DNA of 9,277 nucleotides from a virus (taxonomy: Duplodnaviria; Heunggongvirae; Uroviricota; Caudoviricetes). Positions 7,051 to 9,277 of the stretch are shown one piece after another. The first letter of the stretch is position 1. Every line of letters begins with the position of its first letter. The DNA lies in IMG/VR virus record IMGVR_UViG_2526164632_000010. One strand, 5' to 3'. The notes under the pieces were generated by a model. It saw only the letters and a list, made by a program, of their open reading frames with translations, was not told the origin of the DNA and did not search any database. The translations under genes and the position numbers were made by a program.

Positions 7051-7073
7051 ACAAAAAAACCGCTGGCGCGGTT
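7051..7073 (-). terminator. Candidate intrinsic terminator or attenuator inside the early operon (minus strand)
   Basis: Minus-strand RNA would read AACCGC-GCCA-GCGGUU followed by UUUUUGU. Located about 120 nt downstream of the 99-aa gene and upstream of the 76-aa gene. Confidence 0.45.
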
Positions 7074-7195
7074 GTGCGCTACGTTTGTCAGCGGGCTGCG
7101 AAACCCGGCACCCGTTTTATGAGGTGCAGCGGAAATGTAACCTGACTGATTGCGGCATGGCAAGCGGTTTTTTTGTGTGTGCATGTTCTGGTTTC

Positions 7196-7495
7196 TTAGT
7201 GGTTCAGAAAAAAATCAAAAACCTTGTCAATGCGTTGCAGCAGCTCTTGCTGTATTGCTTCCGGCGTTTCCGGTTCGCCTGGCGCCTCCAACGTCGCGCA
7301 GAAATCCTCGATTTCATGACGGAGCGTCAGGCGAATGGCGAGAGGTGTGGTTCTGGCGTGCTCCAGCTCATCCAGCAGCGCCAGCACAGCAGACGGCGAG
7401 AGCATTGCGCGAAACGCCAGTAATTTTTGAGGCGTTGCCATTCGTTGCAGGTCAGTCGCCAGTTCGCGTAATTCCTTGTGGTTGATGGCGCTCAT
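7196..7495 (-). CDS. Hypothetical protein, 99 aa
   Basis: Start overlaps the stop of the upstream 81-aa gene (translational coupling). Acidic, helical-looking. The N-terminal ELRELA region is vaguely reminiscent of Ea22-like prophage proteins; that is a weak impression only. Confidence 0.6.
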   Translation of the reverse strand: MSAINHKELRELATDLQRMATPQKLLAFRAMLSPSAVLALLDELEHARTTPLAIRLTLRHEIEDFCATLEAPGEPETPEAIQQELLQRIDKVFDFFLNH

Positions 7496-7737
7496 GCTCT
7501 GGCTTCCTTCAGTAGCTGGTTAAACATGTTGGTAAGTGGATTGCCACACCCGAACGGCATCGGGTTTATCTGGTAAGAAAAGCGACCGCCTGTTTTGCGC
7601 TCTTTTCTTATGACTGAACCGCTGCGCCAGAGTCGGCGTAACTCCGCATTAATGGCTGTGGTTGGGGTATTCAGTGCTGCGGCGATTTCTCCACCGCTAC
7701 ACCCCGGATTGGCGGCAATATAGTCCAGAATGGTCAT
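7492..7737 (-). CDS. Putative winged-helix DNA-binding protein, 81 aa
   Basis: Start overlaps the stop of the upstream 67-aa gene. Sequence pattern (GEIAAALNTPTTAINAELRRLWRSGSVIRKER) looks like a helix-turn-helix recognition helix followed by a wing; inference from sequence only. Confidence 0.6.
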   Translation of the reverse strand: MTILDYIAANPGCSGGEIAAALNTPTTAINAELRRLWRSGSVIRKERKTGGRFSYQINPMPFGCGNPLTNMFNQLLKEARA

Positions 7738-7937
7738 CTGCGTGACTCCTGTACCTGTCGGATAAGGTTCACCCGCACCACATTCGTGGCGCAGAAGTAA
7801 GTGCCGTCAGTGAGATAGATGTGATGTGCATCCTTTTCTGAACGGTGTTTGTCGATTGTGGTAATCAGGCGTTCGTCGACTTCGTATTCCCGCCCTCTGG
7901 AGGTAAAACGAACGACAGGAAAATGCTTAATTGCCAT
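7734..7937 (-). CDS. Hypothetical protein, 67 aa (first gene after a promoter-like intergenic region)
   Basis: ATG at 7937 preceded by AAGGAGG with a 4-nt spacer. No family recognised. Confidence 0.6.
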   Translation of the reverse strand: MAIKHFPVVRFTSRGREYEVDERLITTIDKHRSEKDAHHIYLTDGTYFCATNVVRVNLIRQVQESRR

Positions 7938-8023
7938 TACGCCTCCTTGGCGTGTGCGAATACCTCCGCGAATGCGGATTGTTTTTACATTTTCTTATTT
8001 AATCTGTGGTTTTATTTGTTCTG

Positions 8024-8137
8024 TTATTCGCCAGTGAAAAAGCGTTCAATCTTTTTTATTGAATGAATAATTCGCATAATCCCAATAGCGCAGGCCACCG
8101 AAATAATCAGAACAAGCCATGAGATAAATATACTCAT
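8024..8137 (-). CDS. Small predicted membrane peptide, 37 aa (MSIFISWLVLIISVACAIGIMRIIHSIKKIERFFTGE)
   Basis: ATG at 8137..8135 overlaps the TGA stop of the upstream 80-aa gene (ATGA overlap). GGGGA lies about 8 nt upstream. One hydrophobic helix of about 19 residues followed by a basic tail. Not in the supplied ORF track because it is short; translated by hand. Confidence 0.35.
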   Translation of the reverse strand: MSIFISWLVLIISVACAIGIMRIIHSIKKIERFFTGE

Positions 8138-8376
8138 GCGATATTCCCCAGCTTATACGGTTCAATATGTTCCCCGCATTCTGCGGCACAGATCAGCTCG
8201 GAAAGTTCGTTAAGTGCATCCAGATCATCAGCGTAAAAAGCTACGTCATACAGACTTCGGATTGCTCTGGTCAATGAGTCACGGGCCGCACGTTCAGCAT
8301 GAGCGCCTGATGCACTTAAGCGAAAATAAAAACGCTCAAGTGCTTTGTTAATGAGAGTTTTATATTCTTTGCCCAT
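8134..8376 (-). CDS. Hypothetical protein, 80 aa
   Basis: ATG at 8376 preferred over the GTG at 8379 listed in the ORF track; AAAGGG about 8 nt upstream. No family recognised. Confidence 0.55.
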   Translation of the reverse strand: MGKEYKTLINKALERFYFRLSASGAHAERAARDSLTRAIRSLYDVAFYADDLDALNELSELICAAECGEHIEPYKLGNIA

Positions 8377-8460
8377 CACAACGCCCTTTAATCTGCTTTC
8401 TGTATTTCAGCTTCTGAATCCATACAAATAATTTCGATATAGGGTTCATCGCCATTAACC

Positions 8461-8664
8461 TAGCGTGCCTTTTCAGCTTCGCTAATGATTTCTCGTACGG
8501 TCTGGTACGGAAGTTCCACAAGCAGTCGCGTGCCGTTCAGATAAACGTAAGTGGCTTCGTCGGCTCCGTTTTTACCCGCCGGAGTCACTCCGTCAATAGC
8601 GGATGCACGTAATAACAGTTCACCGCGAAAATCAATAAAACGGATAAATACACCTTGTGCATGG
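8461..8664 (-). pseudogene. C-terminal fragment (about 67 codons) of a gene truncated by the IS2 insertion
   Basis: Open frame runs from the IS2 boundary (8664) to TAG at 8463..8461 and encodes ...GELLLRASAIDGVTPAGKNGADEATYVYLNGTRLLVELPYQTVREIISEAEKAR, which looks protein-like. There is no start codon inside the window on this side of IS2. Confidence 0.4.
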
Positions 8665-9277
8665 TGGATTTGCCCCTATATTTCCAGACATCTGTTATCA
8701 CTTAACCCATTACAAGCCCGCTGCCGCAGATATTCCCGTGGCGAGCGATAACCCAGCGCACTATGCGGATGCCATTCGTTATAATGCTCGAACGCCTCTG
8801 CAAGGTTCTTTGCTGCCGTTAACCCGTCTGGTTTGGGCATGATACTGATGTAGTCACGCTTTATCGTTTTCACGAAGCTCTCTGCTATTCCGTTACTCTC
8901 CGGACTCCGCACCGCCGTGTTCTTCGGTTCAAGTCCCAACATCCGGGCGAACTGGCGTGTTTCATTAGCCCGGTAGCATGAACCATTATCCGTCAGCCAC
9001 TCCACTGGAGACGACGGAAGATCGTTGCCGAAGCGGCGTTCCACCGCTCCCAGCATGACGTCCTGTACTGTTTCACTGTTGAAGCCGCCGGTAGTCACCG
9101 CCCAGTGCAGTGCCTCACGATCACAGCAGTCCAGCGCGAACGTGACACGCAGTCTCTCTCCGTTATCACAGCAGAACTCGAACCCGTCAGAGCACCATCG
9201 CTGATTGCTTTCTTTCACGGCCACTCTGCCTGTATGTGCCCGTTTCGATGGCGGTACAGCAGGTTTTCGCTCAAGCA
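8665..9277 (-). mobile_element. IS2 (IS3 family), right-end 613 bp; the element continues beyond the window
   Basis: Terminal sequence TGGATTTGCCCCTATATTTCCAGACATCTGTTATCACTTAACCC starting at 8665 matches the IS2 right inverted repeat as recalled. Contains the 3' part of insD. Confidence 0.9.
8676..9277 (-). CDS. insD: IS2 transposase OrfB (InsD), C-terminal part; 5' end outside the window
   Basis: C-terminal sequence ...[41 protein letters not shown] matches IS2 InsD by recall. Frame stays open from 9224 to the window edge. Confidence 0.9.

Noticed and set aside
7151-7182. Second terminator at the T7 run near 7168-7174
   Set aside because: No stable hairpin precedes the T-run on the plus strand, and on the minus strand it is an A-run.
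6567-7184. 205-aa minus-strand ORF spanning the intergenic gap
   Set aside because: Low-complexity Ser/Thr/Arg-rich translation with no RBS; overlaps the well-supported 76-aa gene in another frame and runs across the terminator-like hairpin.
7961-7994. Plus-strand terminator (TCCGC-GAAT-GCGGA followed by a T-rich tract)
   Set aside because: Only a 5-bp stem and no plus-strand gene or promoter upstream; more likely part of the promoter/operator region of the 67-aa gene.
1-9277. tRNA genes, CRISPR arrays and an integrase gene
   Set aside because: No cloverleaf-compatible segment, no repeat-spacer array and no integrase-like ORF were seen; attachment sites and integrase presumably lie outside the window.

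Overview
The window reads as part of a P2-like (HUH rolling-circle) prophage whose right end is interrupted by an IS2 copy. All calls rest on reading the sequence and recalling protein families; no database search was run. Layout: (1) 1-306, the 3' end of a plus-strand gene that I read as a portal gene, convergent with everything else; (2) 321-2038, an AT-richer cargo interval holding an orphan 174-aa gene, a repeat-rich non-coding stretch, and a small convergent mRNA/antisense-RNA module around an 89-aa ORF; (3) 2039-3457, a plasmid-type ParM/ParR segregation cassette with centromere-like repeats upstream of parM; (4) 3391-6198, a 935-aa P2 gpA-family replication initiator (HUH motif HWHMMVF, tyrosine pair in SYIATYIGKNLD); (5) 6205-8376, an operon of small early-region genes including a winged-helix-like protein and a 37-aa membrane peptide; (6) 8461-8664, a gene fragment truncated by IS2 (8665 to window end, with partial InsD). 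The interval between the portal and replication genes is where P2 carries tin and old and is a known variable cargo locus. The best candidates for something undescribed are the antisense-RNA/small-ORF module (about 1371-1911), the orphan 174-aa gene, and the presence of a complete parMR partition cassette inside a P2-like prophage. No tRNA, rRNA, CRISPR array or integrase gene was found in the window.
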